The translations under genes were made by a program, and so were the position numbers. Of a stretch of DNA of 64,000 nt, positions 19,330 through 29,520 are shown in pieces; position 1 is the first letter of the stretch, and each line of letters starts with the position of its first letter. Below the pieces are notes generated by a model that was not told the DNA's origin, ran no database searches, and saw nothing but the letters and a program-made list of their open reading frames with translations. Source of the stretch: a virus (lineage: Duplodnaviria; Heunggongvirae; Uroviricota; Caudoviricetes); IMG/VR virus record IMGVR_UViG_3300035210_000151; one strand, written 5' to 3'.

Positions 19330-20014
19330 CCTACTCAAATTAGCCTATAAACGTAATAGAGCACTGCATAGTCGATTAAAGAGAACTTACCAAGTCCTAG
19401 GATCTGGTAAGTTTCTTACCTCTTACTATGATGAAAAGAATGATGTGGTTATCAAAGCCTTTAAACTCTCTGTCATGAAAGATAAGAAGCATTCGTTACT
19501 GATTGGTGAAGATGCAGAAGAGTTATTCTATCAAGTCTTTAATGACATCGTGGATGACCCAGAACAAGTTAAACAAGCATTGACTGAATACATCTTTAAG
19601 ACAAATCTTGATTGGGCTTATTATTGTTTGGAAAACTGCAGTAAGAATAAACACTTACCGAAAGTCTATGAAGTGACTATCGACCCAGAACATTTTTCTT
19701 ACATTATAAAATGTGAGCGGTTATTTCATCTTAATCGACTTAATGATTATCGAATATATGAGTTCGCTAGTGAACTTTGTATCAATATTCATTCACATAT
19801 GAAGTCTAATATTAGTTATGACTACGAATATGAACTTGCAGATACCCCTTCTGAGATGTTTTCTGACTTTATTGAATACAATTTACTCAAAGCGTTAATA
19901 GCCGATATTTCGACTAAGTTTGCTTATTATACGTTAGACTTACATTCTAAAAATATTATGTTTAGGTTCGATGGCACTGATGTTAATTTAATACTAAACG
20001 ATCCCTTTTATTAA
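19316..20014 (+). CDS. T7 gp0.7-like serine/threonine protein kinase
   Basis: Gly loop LGSGKF, VVIK, LPKVYEV, catalytic loop DLHSKNIMF, NDPF; compare T7 gp0.7 DMHSGNIMF...TDPV as recalled. Confidence 0.75.
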   Translation: MESIDLLKLAYKRNRALHSRLKRTYQVLGSGKFLTSYYDEKNDVVIKAFKLSVMKDKKHSLLIGEDAEELFYQVFNDIVDDPEQVKQALTEYIFKTNLDWAYYCLENCSKNKHLPKVYEVTIDPEHFSYIIKCERLFHLNRLNDYRIYEFASELCINIHSHMKSNISYDYEYELADTPSEMFSDFIEYNLLKALIADISTKFAYYTLDLHSKNIMFRFDGTDVNLILNDPFY

Positions 20015-20081
20015 ATAATGATGTTAAAGGCTGTTGGAATATGGTATAATTGTTATTATTAATTAGAAAGGAAATACATAA

Positions 20082-20702
20082 TTGGACATAACAGAAGTAA
20101 TTGTGAATGGCATTGAGCCTAGTGCTTACTTTTTGAGAAATAACCCTGAATGGCGACATGTCAATCAGGGGATTTGCTTTAATGTGTTTGAAGATATTGG
20201 GACTAATCATATTTTTAAAGTTCAATCACTTAGTTGTGGCAGTGAGCAAATTAAAGAAATTAAATATTGGACACGCTATTGTCTTGACCATCAACATTTT
20301 AATTACCTTCCTCAATTAAACTCCTGTAAACTTTATAAATTCGATAAAAAATCCTTGTTCTGCATTGACTCTGAAAAGCTTGTTGATGTGGGTGTTGAAT
20401 TAATTGCTGAAATTAAATCTATTTTTGATGGCTATATTGCTAAGGCATTCATCGAATTGAGCGATCATGATATTTCTATTATTTTAGATCGAATTTATCA
20501 ATCTACTCACTTTTGCAAGCGTATTGGTACAGACTTTGAAGATTTTTTTGTGACATTGCTTAAAGATTTGCGTAAAATTGCTCGCCAACAAGGTGATACC
20601 ATCTTTAGTTTGGATCTCCATTTTAATAATTTTATGATTAGGCCAAGCACTGGACAACTGGTGATTGTGGATGCTTTTAGCTGCTCAATGTATAATGAAT
20701 AA
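20082..20702 (+). CDS. Second kinase-like paralog
   Basis: IFKV, LPQLNS, DLHFNNFM, VIVDAF; degenerate Gly loop (NQGICF); TTG start with AAGGA RBS. Confidence 0.65.
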   Translation: MDITEVIVNGIEPSAYFLRNNPEWRHVNQGICFNVFEDIGTNHIFKVQSLSCGSEQIKEIKYWTRYCLDHQHFNYLPQLNSCKLYKFDKKSLFCIDSEKLVDVGVELIAEIKSIFDGYIAKAFIELSDHDISIILDRIYQSTHFCKRIGTDFEDFFVTLLKDLRKIARQQGDTIFSLDLHFNNFMIRPSTGQLVIVDAFSCSMYNE

Positions 20703-20777
20703 TATTATAATAACATTGATTTTCTTTTCTTTTAAGCTAAACTGACTTCATCATTTACACAAACAAAGGAGAATGAG

Positions 20778-20972
20778 ATGTTAGACCCGCTAAGCATTAT
20801 GAAATTGGTACCCAAGGCAAAAATGTTGGTTGCATTGTTAACAGAAACCATGAAAGAATATGATGAAAACGTTAAGAAATACAATATCAAGCCAAACGAC
20901 ACCAAAGAATACAACAAATTAAAAGCTGAAATTGAAGTGATAATGGAAAAAGACAGCAAATCCAAAAAATAA
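20778..20972 (+). CDS. Small hypothetical protein
   Basis: AAGGAG RBS. Confidence 0.65.
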   Translation: MLDPLSIMKLVPKAKMLVALLTETMKEYDENVKKYNIKPNDTKEYNKLKAEIEVIMEKDSKSKK

Positions 20973-21044
20973 GGTTAAAACCTTATTTTTTATTGCTTTA
21001 TAGTCGTTATAGTTGTATAATTAAAAAAAATAAACAGGTGATTT

Positions 21045-21521
21045 ATGAAAAAGTTTCTAAAACAAATGGCGGGTTTTTTTAATGAGGAAGCTAAAAACTC
21101 ATTGAAATATGAACAATTTAAAAAAGACAATGAATTACTTGTTAACTCTTTCAATAACACTGTGCATGAACAAGCGTCTTCTGACCTTCGTGTTCGTGAA
21201 TTCACTTATAAGACATTAGGCTCAAGAGTCAAGAACTGTTATAAAAAGAATTGTTCGTTTGAAATTTCTTGTCCATTCTTTAAAGATGGTGAAGAACTGG
21301 GTCGTGCTAATATCGTATTTGTTACATCATCCCCATCAAAAAGCATTGAAAAGTTATACGATAACAAAACTCGTATTCTAGGCATCTATTTTGAAAATGG
21401 TTATATCGGTGGACTCTATGAAACCAAGAAAGGCACTATTGATTACTTCTATGATAAGGCTGTTCTGGAAATTGTTTCGCTGAAAGACGTTACGGTTGAT
21501 TTGTCCTTCTTAAAGATTTAA
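21045..21521 (+). CDS. Hypothetical protein
   Basis: AGGTG RBS, TGTATAAT promoter. Confidence 0.7.
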   Translation: MKKFLKQMAGFFNEEAKNSLKYEQFKKDNELLVNSFNNTVHEQASSDLRVREFTYKTLGSRVKNCYKKNCSFEISCPFFKDGEELGRANIVFVTSSPSKSIEKLYDNKTRILGIYFENGYIGGLYETKKGTIDYFYDKAVLEIVSLKDVTVDLSFLKI

Positions 21522-21646
21522 AGTTTTTTACTACAAAAAAACACTGAATCTTTCAGTGTTTTTTCATTTCTGTTTTCTGTCTAAAAGTTGTTGTAAAAAC
21601 CTCGATATTTTGCTATAATGGATTTATCAATTTGCAGAGGTTTCCT

Positions 21647-21970
21647 ATGAAAATAACCCCATATACCATTGTTCAATTAAAAGATGGCAATTATTTTTTT
21701 GTTCACTCAGTTGGTAACCGTCAAGTAGAAATTGGCGAACTGAAAGACAAAATAATTCGTGGTCTACCTATTAAGAAAAGTAAAGTTGTTTTAGAAGGTA
21801 AATCGACAAAAGATCTATTGAATGTTAAAGAGGCTAGTTTCAAAGAAATTGAAAAGTTCTTTTTCACACAAGGTCTTTTTGACCCTGAATGGGAATATGT
21901 TGAGGAAATCTCGAAAATCGTAAAAAGAAAAAATATTGAGTTCACTATCCCAGATATTGAGTTCATTTAA
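21647..21970 (+). CDS. Hypothetical protein
   Basis: GAGG RBS, TGCTATAAT promoter. Confidence 0.7.
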   Translation: MKITPYTIVQLKDGNYFFVHSVGNRQVEIGELKDKIIRGLPIKKSKVVLEGKSTKDLLNVKEASFKEIEKFFFTQGLFDPEWEYVEEISKIVKRKNIEFTIPDIEFI

Positions 21971-21986
21971 AGAAAAGGATATTATT

Positions 21987-22418
21987 ATGAAAGAATTAAC
22001 GTATGCAGTATTCATTGTTAAAGTGATCAATGGTGTTAAACACTTGTTTATGGCTCACTCAACTGGCAATAACTTTTGGGACGTTCCAAAAGGTGGTGCA
22101 GAAGATGATGAAACCCCAGTTCAGTCAGCCATTCGTGAGTTGAAGGAAGAAGCGGGTGTTGATTTTGTAGCAGAAGATCTCAAAGATTTGGGTGTCTTTG
22201 TTTACAACAATCGTAAAAACATGCACGTTTTCCTTTATACTGGCAGTGATTATCCTTTGCCATCGGCGTGTGAATGTGTTTCTACCTTCACTTGTCCGTA
22301 TACAAAAAGAGAAAAACCAGAAGTTGACGATTTTAAATATGTCGCTTTTGATGACGTTCCAACTCATTGTGCTAAAAGTTTCAACAAAGTTTTTGAAGCT
22401 TTTACAAATTTAAATTAA
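21987..22418 (+). CDS. NUDIX hydrolase
   Basis: Nudix box GGAEDDETPVQSAIRELKEEAGV preceded by WDVPKG. Confidence 0.9.
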   Translation: MKELTYAVFIVKVINGVKHLFMAHSTGNNFWDVPKGGAEDDETPVQSAIRELKEEAGVDFVAEDLKDLGVFVYNNRKNMHVFLYTGSDYPLPSACECVSTFTCPYTKREKPEVDDFKYVAFDDVPTHCAKSFNKVFEAFTNLN

Positions 22419-22430
22419 GAGGTATATAAC

Positions 22431-22628
22431 ATGCGTAACACTTTTGATAGCATACTCAATGCGAGTGCTGATATTACTGGTTGGACTGACGCCGATAAAC
22501 TATCAATTTTGTTAACTTATCTTGACTCTCATTGCAGCGATAAGATTGAGCATTTTATGATGTTTACTGACGCAGTGATTGACACAGAAGTTGATGAAAA
22601 AGAAGTTGACGAACTCATTGTCCGCTAA
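22431..22628 (+). CDS. Small acidic hypothetical protein
   Basis: GAGG RBS, terminator follows. Confidence 0.7.
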   Translation: MRNTFDSILNASADITGWTDADKLSILLTYLDSHCSDKIEHFMMFTDAVIDTEVDEKEVDELIVR

Positions 22629-22716
22629 CCTACATAACAATTAAGACTGGCTTCGGCCAGTTTTTTTTTATTCAAAAAAGTTATGGTATACTGTTAATAG
22701 AATATCGGACAATATT

Positions 22717-23727
22717 ATGAAATACTATGCCATCAATATGATTAAAGGACACATGAATGAAGTGTTTTTTAAAAATAACACAAGTAAAGAAGAAAGAAGA
22801 CAATTTAACGACCTCATTAATCTTGTTCACTTGAACGAAGTATTAGGTTTTGATAAAATTCATTTAGGTGCAGGTGCGGATATAAGAAATGTATTTGATG
22901 AAGACCAAATGGAAAAAGTGAATTTATACTTGATGATGAAAAACAAAGCCTTTTTAATTCCAGAAAAGACACTTAAAAAAGCTATCTATAAACAAGATAA
23001 CATTATGACATTTGAATATCAAACTCCTGAAGACTTAATAACTGCCAGAATAGCTGCCGAACAATCACCTGATTATATAATGAATCAATTAAAAGAAGAA
23101 CAGATAGCGGCTGAGAAGAAAGCATTGTATGCTATTTCTGGTGATGTTACTGGTGTCGATTTTGATAATAAAACCTATCTTTCTATTGATTTTGAGTTTA
23201 ATCCGATGGCTGTTGATAAGTTTCATATTAGACAAATTGTTGAAGTAGGATTAAGTTATATTAATGGTGACGATATAACAACTGAGCACTATATTGTCAA
23301 TGAACATAGAGATTTAAAATCAGATAGAAAAAAGAAACTTCAAGATTCTTTTAACTTTGGAACAAGTAAGTTTATTGATAGTGCTGATGTCATTGGTATT
23401 TTGGAGGACGCATTAACTAAATCAGGCAACCTTGTTTTCCACGATAAATCATGTGATATTAGATACTTTGAAAGAAATAAGATATCGTTGGATAATCATA
23501 GAATTTATGACACTCAAGCTGTCTACAAATACAATATTTCCCCAGATGGTGAATCGAGTAACAGTAAAAGACTTAAAGATTTTTTAGATGATAATATGAT
23601 AGATTCTAAAAACACTCATAATGCTGGTAATGATGCTCACTATACCTCAATGGTATTTAAAGCCCAAGTTTATGAGATACTTAATCAACCTAAAAAATTA
23701 GTTAAAACACATTCTATTCAACCATAA
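22717..23727 (+). CDS. DEDDh 3'-5' exonuclease, paralog 3
   Basis: SIDFEF, FHDKSCD, HNAGNDA; EHYIVNEH...SFNFG. Confidence 0.85.
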   Translation: MKYYAINMIKGHMNEVFFKNNTSKEERRQFNDLINLVHLNEVLGFDKIHLGAGADIRNVFDEDQMEKVNLYLMMKNKAFLIPEKTLKKAIYKQDNIMTFEYQTPEDLITARIAAEQSPDYIMNQLKEEQIAAEKKALYAISGDVTGVDFDNKTYLSIDFEFNPMAVDKFHIRQIVEVGLSYINGDDITTEHYIVNEHRDLKSDRKKKLQDSFNFGTSKFIDSADVIGILEDALTKSGNLVFHDKSCDIRYFERNKISLDNHRIYDTQAVYKYNISPDGESSNSKRLKDFLDDNMIDSKNTHNAGNDAHYTSMVFKAQVYEILNQPKKLVKTHSIQP

Positions 23728-23801
23728 TCAATTGGCTTCTGCCAGTTTTTTATTCTTTTTAAACTTATGATATAATAATATAAGAACAAGGAAATTTACG
23801 G

Positions 23802-24806
23802 ATGAAATATTACGCGATTAATAGTATTAAGGGAAACATGAATCTTCTCTTATTTAAAACATTAACCAAAGAAGAACGCACACCGTTCAGTCAATTTTTT
23901 AACATTGTACATCTTAATGAAGTATTAGGATTTAATACCATTCATATTGGTGGCGGATCTGACGTTAGAAACTTGTTTGATGAAGATCAAATATCAAAAA
24001 TAAACCTTTACCTCATGATGAAAGATAAGAGGTTTGTCATCCCCGATAATATTCTTGAAAAAGCTATTTATAAATCAGATAACATTATGACGTTCGATTA
24101 TAATACACCACGAGATTTAGATACTTCCAGAAAAATTGTTATGTCAACTCCATCTCACCTTATCGAGAAGATGAGAGCTGAAAAAACAAAAGCATCGAAA
24201 CGAGCTGTTCTTGATACTTATGGTGATATTAAAGATGTTGATTTTGATAAAAACACTTATTTATCTATCGACTTTGAATTTAATCCTAATGTTTCTGATG
24301 TATTTGATTTAAAACATATTACAGAAATGGGGTTAAGTTACATCAATGGTAAAACTATTACAACTGAACACTACATTGTGAATGAGCATAGAGAAAATAA
24401 AACAGACAAGCGAAAGACTCTTCAAGATTCTTTTAATTTTGGTGTTAGTCAGTTTATTTCAAGTGATGATGTTAGGGCCATTCTGGAAGAAGCTTTAACA
24501 AAAGTTCAGCACCTTGTCTTTCATGAGCAATCCTGTGATGTAAAGCATTTTGAAGAAAATAATATGAATTTAGACAAACATAGAATTTATGACACCCAAG
24601 AAATTTATAAAAAACACCTTGCTCCTGTTGGTCAAGAAGCAATGGGAAAAAAACTTAAAGCCTTTTTGGATGACAATATGATCATCTCAAAAAATATGCA
24701 CAATGCGGGCAATGATTCTCATTATACGGCTATGTTGTTTAAATCTCAGGTAAAAGAAGTATTAGCATTAGAACGCAGAAAAACCTACGCTCCAAAACTT
24801 AAATAA
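23802..24806 (+). CDS. DEDDh 3'-5' exonuclease, paralog 4 (close duplicate of paralog 3)
   Basis: Long identical stretches with 22717..23727; SIDFEF, FHEQSCD, HNAGNDS. Confidence 0.85.
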   Translation: MKYYAINSIKGNMNLLLFKTLTKEERTPFSQFFNIVHLNEVLGFNTIHIGGGSDVRNLFDEDQISKINLYLMMKDKRFVIPDNILEKAIYKSDNIMTFDYNTPRDLDTSRKIVMSTPSHLIEKMRAEKTKASKRAVLDTYGDIKDVDFDKNTYLSIDFEFNPNVSDVFDLKHITEMGLSYINGKTITTEHYIVNEHRENKTDKRKTLQDSFNFGVSQFISSDDVRAILEEALTKVQHLVFHEQSCDVKHFEENNMNLDKHRIYDTQEIYKKHLAPVGQEAMGKKLKAFLDDNMIISKNMHNAGNDSHYTAMLFKSQVKEVLALERRKTYAPKLK

Positions 24807-24816
24807 GAAAAGCCTA

Positions 24817-25578
24817 CTAGATTAAGTAGGCAAAATAAAGATCAAGATGGTTTTGTTCAAAACTCTCATATTCATATTCATTGTTTGAAAAGAATACCTG
24901 CAGTTCTTTTCTCCAGCAAAAATGAAAAATAACTTTTTCGAAATAAATTCTAATAAATTCACTGGCTTCTTCTATGCTATTGAACTCATCTTTCAGTACT
25001 GTTTTTGATCGAGCATGGGGATCGGTTGTAAATACTACAACTTTGTCACCTTTTAGATGATAAGCTACTGTAAATTTATGTTTTTGAATTTCTTGAACAA
25101 TTGAATTAACAATAGTAAACTCATTTTCATTCATATAAAAATATTTGAAAATTCTCATTGGTTTGTTGTAATAAGACTTTCCAGTTGTTTTTGTTTTAAG
25201 TTGATAGACATCATTATCAACAAAATGACTACTGAGCATAATATCACTCTTGTAAAAATCAATCTCAGCTTGACTATGTTTAATCAATCCCATTTTAATA
25301 TACGTGTTAAAAACAACATCAATAATTTTTTGTTCCATTTCTTTGGGCATCAGTGTAATTTGATCATTAAGTTTACTGATAATATGACGATATTTCTGGT
25401 TACTGTCGGCTGGAAATGCAGCAGATTTCTTTGCTGTAATTGTATAAATCTCATTTTTATCACTGACTGGGAATACTGCATAGTGTTTTAACATTTCAAA
25501 ATTATCAAAAATGTTTAGGAAATCTTTATTTTTGAGCATGGCTCTACCATGTTTTACAAACAGTTCGTTGACACTCAT
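24817..25578 (-). CDS. Hypothetical protein, variant C-terminal tag LYFAYLI
   Basis: AAGGAG RBS before ATG 25578. Confidence 0.7.
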   Translation of the reverse strand: MSVNELFVKHGRAMLKNKDFLNIFDNFEMLKHYAVFPVSDKNEIYTITAKKSAAFPADSNQKYRHIISKLNDQITLMPKEMEQKIIDVVFNTYIKMGLIKHSQAEIDFYKSDIMLSSHFVDNDVYQLKTKTTGKSYYNKPMRIFKYFYMNENEFTIVNSIVQEIQKHKFTVAYHLKGDKVVVFTTDPHARSKTVLKDEFNSIEEASEFIRIYFEKVIFHFCWRKELQVFFSNNEYEYESFEQNHLDLYFAYLI

Positions 25579-25699
25579 TTTTTGCTCCTTTAAATGACCA
25601 CAGAAAATTATAACATTAAGCAACACTATTTTCAAATATATTTTTCAATAGGGCTTTCATTTTCTGCTTTCTCTTGGTATTATATACTCAACATACTTA

Positions 25700-25951
25700 A
25701 TGGAGGTTGTTATGGTTATTCTATTCGTTTTACTTGCATTTTTAGCTGGTGTTCCATTGTATTTGGATTATAAGAAGAATCCAACTAACAACATTATTAC
25801 AAGATACACTGAAAAAGCCGCCAGCCATCCAGCATTGTCTGGTGTGTTGTCAAAGATTGAGCCTCATACAAAGCAATATGGTATTCACCCTGTTTACGCA
25901 TTAGGTGGGGGAATCCTTGTTCTCTTGTTCTTGATCATTCTTATTCTTTAA
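25700..25951 (+). CDS. Small two-TM membrane protein
   Basis: Hydrophobic N- and C-terminal helices. Confidence 0.7.
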   Translation: MEVVMVILFVLLAFLAGVPLYLDYKKNPTNNIITRYTEKAASHPALSGVLSKIEPHTKQYGIHPVYALGGGILVLLFLIILIL

Positions 25952-26060
25952 ATCTGTTCGCTATGTTCAAAGGCATCTATTCATAGGTGCTTTTTTATTG
26001 CTTAAATTTTAAAATTATGTTATAATCAAGGCTCATTAAAGAATCAATGAGGAATATTGT

Positions 26061-26429
26061 ATGAGCCGAGTGACTGATATTTTCGGAGAAGTGTATACCA
26101 ACGCTACCGAAGAACTTCAAAAACATCCAGAACAAGATGTTGAATACTCTTGTGTTGAATATTTTGGAACCAATCCAAAAGTTCGCAATGGTGATTTTTG
26201 TAAGTTTGTGGTTGATCTCTTCAATGTTGCCAGCATGAGAGCACCTGATACAATTAAAGAATTCTTCAAGAATCGAGATACTGTTGTTTTGGAATACGAC
26301 AAAGAAGATAAAGGAGCTGTGCTTTATATTTTGGCAAAAGGCACTTTTGGGGATTTTAACTATGTAGTGAAAGCAACATCTGCCAACAAGTATCATAAAG
26401 AGTTGTATATTTTAGAAGCCGTAGATTAA
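26061..26429 (+). CDS. Hypothetical protein
   Basis: GAGG RBS, TGTTATAAT promoter. Confidence 0.7.
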   Translation: MSRVTDIFGEVYTNATEELQKHPEQDVEYSCVEYFGTNPKVRNGDFCKFVVDLFNVASMRAPDTIKEFFKNRDTVVLEYDKEDKGAVLYILAKGTFGDFNYVVKATSANKYHKELYILEAVD

Positions 26430-26455
26430 AAAAAGAGCACTTAGGTGCTCTTTTT
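26428..26455. terminator. Bidirectional terminator between convergent genes
   Basis: A-run GAGCAC-TTAG-GTGCTC T-run. Confidence 0.85.
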
Positions 26456-26462
26456 ATTTGTT

Positions 26463-27623
26463 TTAAGGTTTTGACTTTTTAGTTTTTTTCTTTTCTACTT
26501 TCTCTACAGGCTTATCTTTATTTAACTCATCAACCAATTCATTCTTAAGATTTAATCGCCCTTTCATAAAATCGTTTAATGTGTAAGCAATTTGATACAT
26601 GCTCTTATCAGGGCTGGCCGCTTTTAACACGTTATGCAACTCAACACCACGGGTTACTTTAGCTTCGTTAATAGCTCCTTTTGAAAGTTCTTCGACAATA
26701 ATTTCAAAAGCATTCTTATCCGATGTTTGTTGACGAGACTTACTGAATGTAAACCCTTTCATGATAGGATTCTTTGCAATGAATCTTTGTGTTAATTTAT
26801 CTTCCAGTGGTGCGATTTCATAGTCAAACTTAATGGCTTCAATCGTATCAACGTCTTTGTATTTAGCTCTAATAATATCAGCAATTGCTTTTTCACTAAA
26901 CCCTTTGGATTGCATAGAGTATTGACTGTCAAAAGCAAATGAAGTCTCTACATCATAACGTCCAGATGGAGTGATTATTTTTTTAGCTATTTGACCAATA
27001 GCAAATCTCATACTGACACTGTGGTCATTAATTACTGAGAAATCAAATCCATTTCTATCGGCGGCTTTCAATGCAATAGCATAGATGTCATCAACTAATG
27101 TTTTTAATTCGACACCGTTTGATTGCTTAAATTGATCAGCATTCACAATCTGTGATAAAAAGTTAACCATTTCTGCTTTATAGTTTTTACTAAAATCTTT
27201 TTTCAATATTTTATTATGATAAGTTTCCAAGTCCTTTTCATAGTTTCTCATTTTGGCGAGTTGTTCTATTTTATCAGCTTTCAATTCTGCATTCACCACT
27301 TCTGACAAGCCGAAATTATACGCAGCCGCATCAATGCACTTATTATAGTAATCTTTTTCAGTGTCAGGAATGTATTTATAATTTTTAGTGCTGTATTCAT
27401 TAATTTTTTCTTTTAATGAATCCATTTTTGTTTTATCAAGTTCTTGTGAGACAAAAGCTCCATTTCCAAGATTTTCAAACTTATAGTCATTAAACGTCTT
27501 TACGAAGTCATCCACAAGTTTACTGTCTTTTTTGAAGACAACAAACATTACTTTATTGGATAAGTCATCGACTGTCTCATATCGCTCAGTTATTGCTTGT
27601 AGTAATTTTTTTACTTCTGTCAT
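26463..27623 (-). CDS. Hypothetical helical protein with Lys-rich tail (KKKTKKSKP)
   Basis: 386 aa ORF. Confidence 0.75.
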   Translation of the reverse strand: MTEVKKLLQAITERYETVDDLSNKVMFVVFKKDSKLVDDFVKTFNDYKFENLGNGAFVSQELDKTKMDSLKEKINEYSTKNYKYIPDTEKDYYNKCIDAAAYNFGLSEVVNAELKADKIEQLAKMRNYEKDLETYHNKILKKDFSKNYKAEMVNFLSQIVNADQFKQSNGVELKTLVDDIYAIALKAADRNGFDFSVINDHSVSMRFAIGQIAKKIITPSGRYDVETSFAFDSQYSMQSKGFSEKAIADIIRAKYKDVDTIEAIKFDYEIAPLEDKLTQRFIAKNPIMKGFTFSKSRQQTSDKNAFEIIVEELSKGAINEAKVTRGVELHNVLKAASPDKSMYQIAYTLNDFMKGRLNLKNELVDELNKDKPVEKVEKKKTKKSKP

Positions 27624-27775
27624 AAATTCACCATTTGTCTATTCATTCCTTCATTATAGCATTTTTTATCTTTTTTAAAAGGCTTATTTTTCACCTTTAA
27701 TCACCTATATTTTTACGTTGAATTGTTTTATTTTTTGTGATAAAATAAGGTAATTATTAACATAGGTGCGACCCC

Positions 27776-28420
27776 GTGAATATCAATGAATATTTAGAAG
27801 CCAACTTACATTTACCTGAACCTTTGAGAACACAAGAAGCTCAATTGCAGTTTACAGCGTTCTTTTATAAAACGAACAATAGAGATATGGCATACCTTTT
27901 TGAAAATGTTAGCTTAATTGATTTTGCTTACTTCACCTTTGAAGTTTACTTTAAAGAAATGTTTATGCATGGTTACCGATTATCACCTGTCAGATTGAAA
28001 AGTGGTTTTACTGGCTTGCCTTTGGATATCATCGTTGACCGCCTCATTCAACATGACTATGTTAAGATTGCTTATAGAGGATCAACTGTTGACGATTATG
28101 ATATGATTGCGGATGGTTTGGTGTACAGTCGTAATTTGGATAAATATCGTAAAGACTGTATGTACTTACCAGAAGTAATGAGAGATTTTCATTTTCAAAA
28201 ATCAATGTTTAAAATGTTACATGATAAATATAGATTGACGGTTGGAAATCTTTCATGGGTGGGTGCTCATGTGTTCATTACTGACTTTATCCATCATTAT
28301 TTAGCGTATTCTGGCTTGGTTTTAAGACGTGCAAGGAATAAGTTTGAGTTTAATGATTTAGAAGACAAAGTAAGCTCATTTGAAAGTGTTCTTCGCAGCA
28401 AACCTTTTCCATTAAATTGA
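27776..28420 (+). CDS. Hypothetical protein with a tandemly duplicated domain
   Basis: HLPEPLRT...MHGYRLSPVR and YLPEVMRDFHFQK...YSGLVLRRAR. Confidence 0.7.
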   Translation: MNINEYLEANLHLPEPLRTQEAQLQFTAFFYKTNNRDMAYLFENVSLIDFAYFTFEVYFKEMFMHGYRLSPVRLKSGFTGLPLDIIVDRLIQHDYVKIAYRGSTVDDYDMIADGLVYSRNLDKYRKDCMYLPEVMRDFHFQKSMFKMLHDKYRLTVGNLSWVGAHVFITDFIHHYLAYSGLVLRRARNKFEFNDLEDKVSSFESVLRSKPFPLN

Positions 28421-28426
28421 ATAAAC

Positions 28427-28452
28427 AAAAAAAGCCCTTGATGGGCTTTTTT
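28427..28452. terminator. Bidirectional terminator between convergent genes
   Basis: A-run GCCC-TTGAT-GGGC T-run. Confidence 0.8.
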
Positions 28453-28475
28453 GTTTTACGCTGTATGACTTTGGC

Positions 28476-29384
28476 TTATTTAACCAAGTCGATTTTAATG
28501 TCATAGTTTTCAGCAATAACTGCAGCCGTATTGCCAGATGAAATCATGGCTGTGTAAGCATCAATCAATGGCTTGTTTGTTTTGTTAGTGAAGTTAACAA
28601 CCAATGTTGATTTGTCAGTTTTGTAGAAATCTAATACTTTGGCTTGAGCACCGCCCGCCTCTGGGACGTTCTGTTTGATTTGAGCTTCAACATATTCATT
28701 CATTCTGGTCGCAAGTTCGCCATCGTTCATGCTTGGATCTTGTGACTTAGCAGATTCCATTAATGTGCTTTTAAGGAAACGATCATTATTTACTTTCAAT
28801 GTCAACGTATCAAGTTTAGCCCCACTCACTTTACCAATGTAAGCCATTGGATTTTCTGGTGGTGTGTTATGTACTAAAGATCTTGAAAGATCTTTGGTAA
28901 GTGTTTCATACAAATCACCTACGCCACTGATGTTAGCGTTATATTCTTGCGAAATATTTCCTTGTGTTTCTGAACCAAGAAAAGCAGAAGTCGCTTTGAG
29001 ATCAATTTTACCTTCACCGGATTTTGAAATTCCGAACGAGTTGTTGGATGTGTATTTCTGATCAGCAGTTGATTTGTAATCGTTTAAAGTGATTTCGACT
29101 TTATCAGAAAATACGTTTTCTTTGTTGTAGAACTTCAAACCTGTAATAGCCAAATTACCTTCTTGGGTCACTTCACCTGATTTGATCTTCATATTATCTA
29201 TTTTTAAGGTTCCCAACACAATGTTAGTGGATACATCGCCTTCAACTTTGGTTCCGTAACTTGATTCGTTTGCTTTTTTAATTGAAGCATTCAACTCATT
29301 TTCTACTTTTAGGTTAGCATAGTATAAACCGCCACCTACCGCAATTGCTAATCCCGCTACAACGTATATAACTTTATTCATCAA
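28476..29384 (-). CDS. N-terminally anchored periplasmic beta-rich protein
   Basis: Single TM anchor then soluble domain; AGAGG RBS. Confidence 0.7.
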   Translation of the reverse strand: MMNKVIYVVAGLAIAVGGGLYYANLKVENELNASIKKANESSYGTKVEGDVSTNIVLGTLKIDNMKIKSGEVTQEGNLAITGLKFYNKENVFSDKVEITLNDYKSTADQKYTSNNSFGISKSGEGKIDLKATSAFLGSETQGNISQEYNANISGVGDLYETLTKDLSRSLVHNTPPENPMAYIGKVSGAKLDTLTLKVNNDRFLKSTLMESAKSQDPSMNDGELATRMNEYVEAQIKQNVPEAGGAQAKVLDFYKTDKSTLVVNFTNKTNKPLIDAYTAMISSGNTAAVIAENYDIKIDLVK

Positions 29385-29520
29385 ATATCCTCTTTTTTAA
29401 ATTAATAACTTCTATTTGACCATTTTTTGTAAAAAAATCAAGATAGTAGATCAATAATATTTCATCGACATACATTGATGATTGTGGTATAATGGTTTTA
29501 TTCATTAGTGGAGCCGAACA

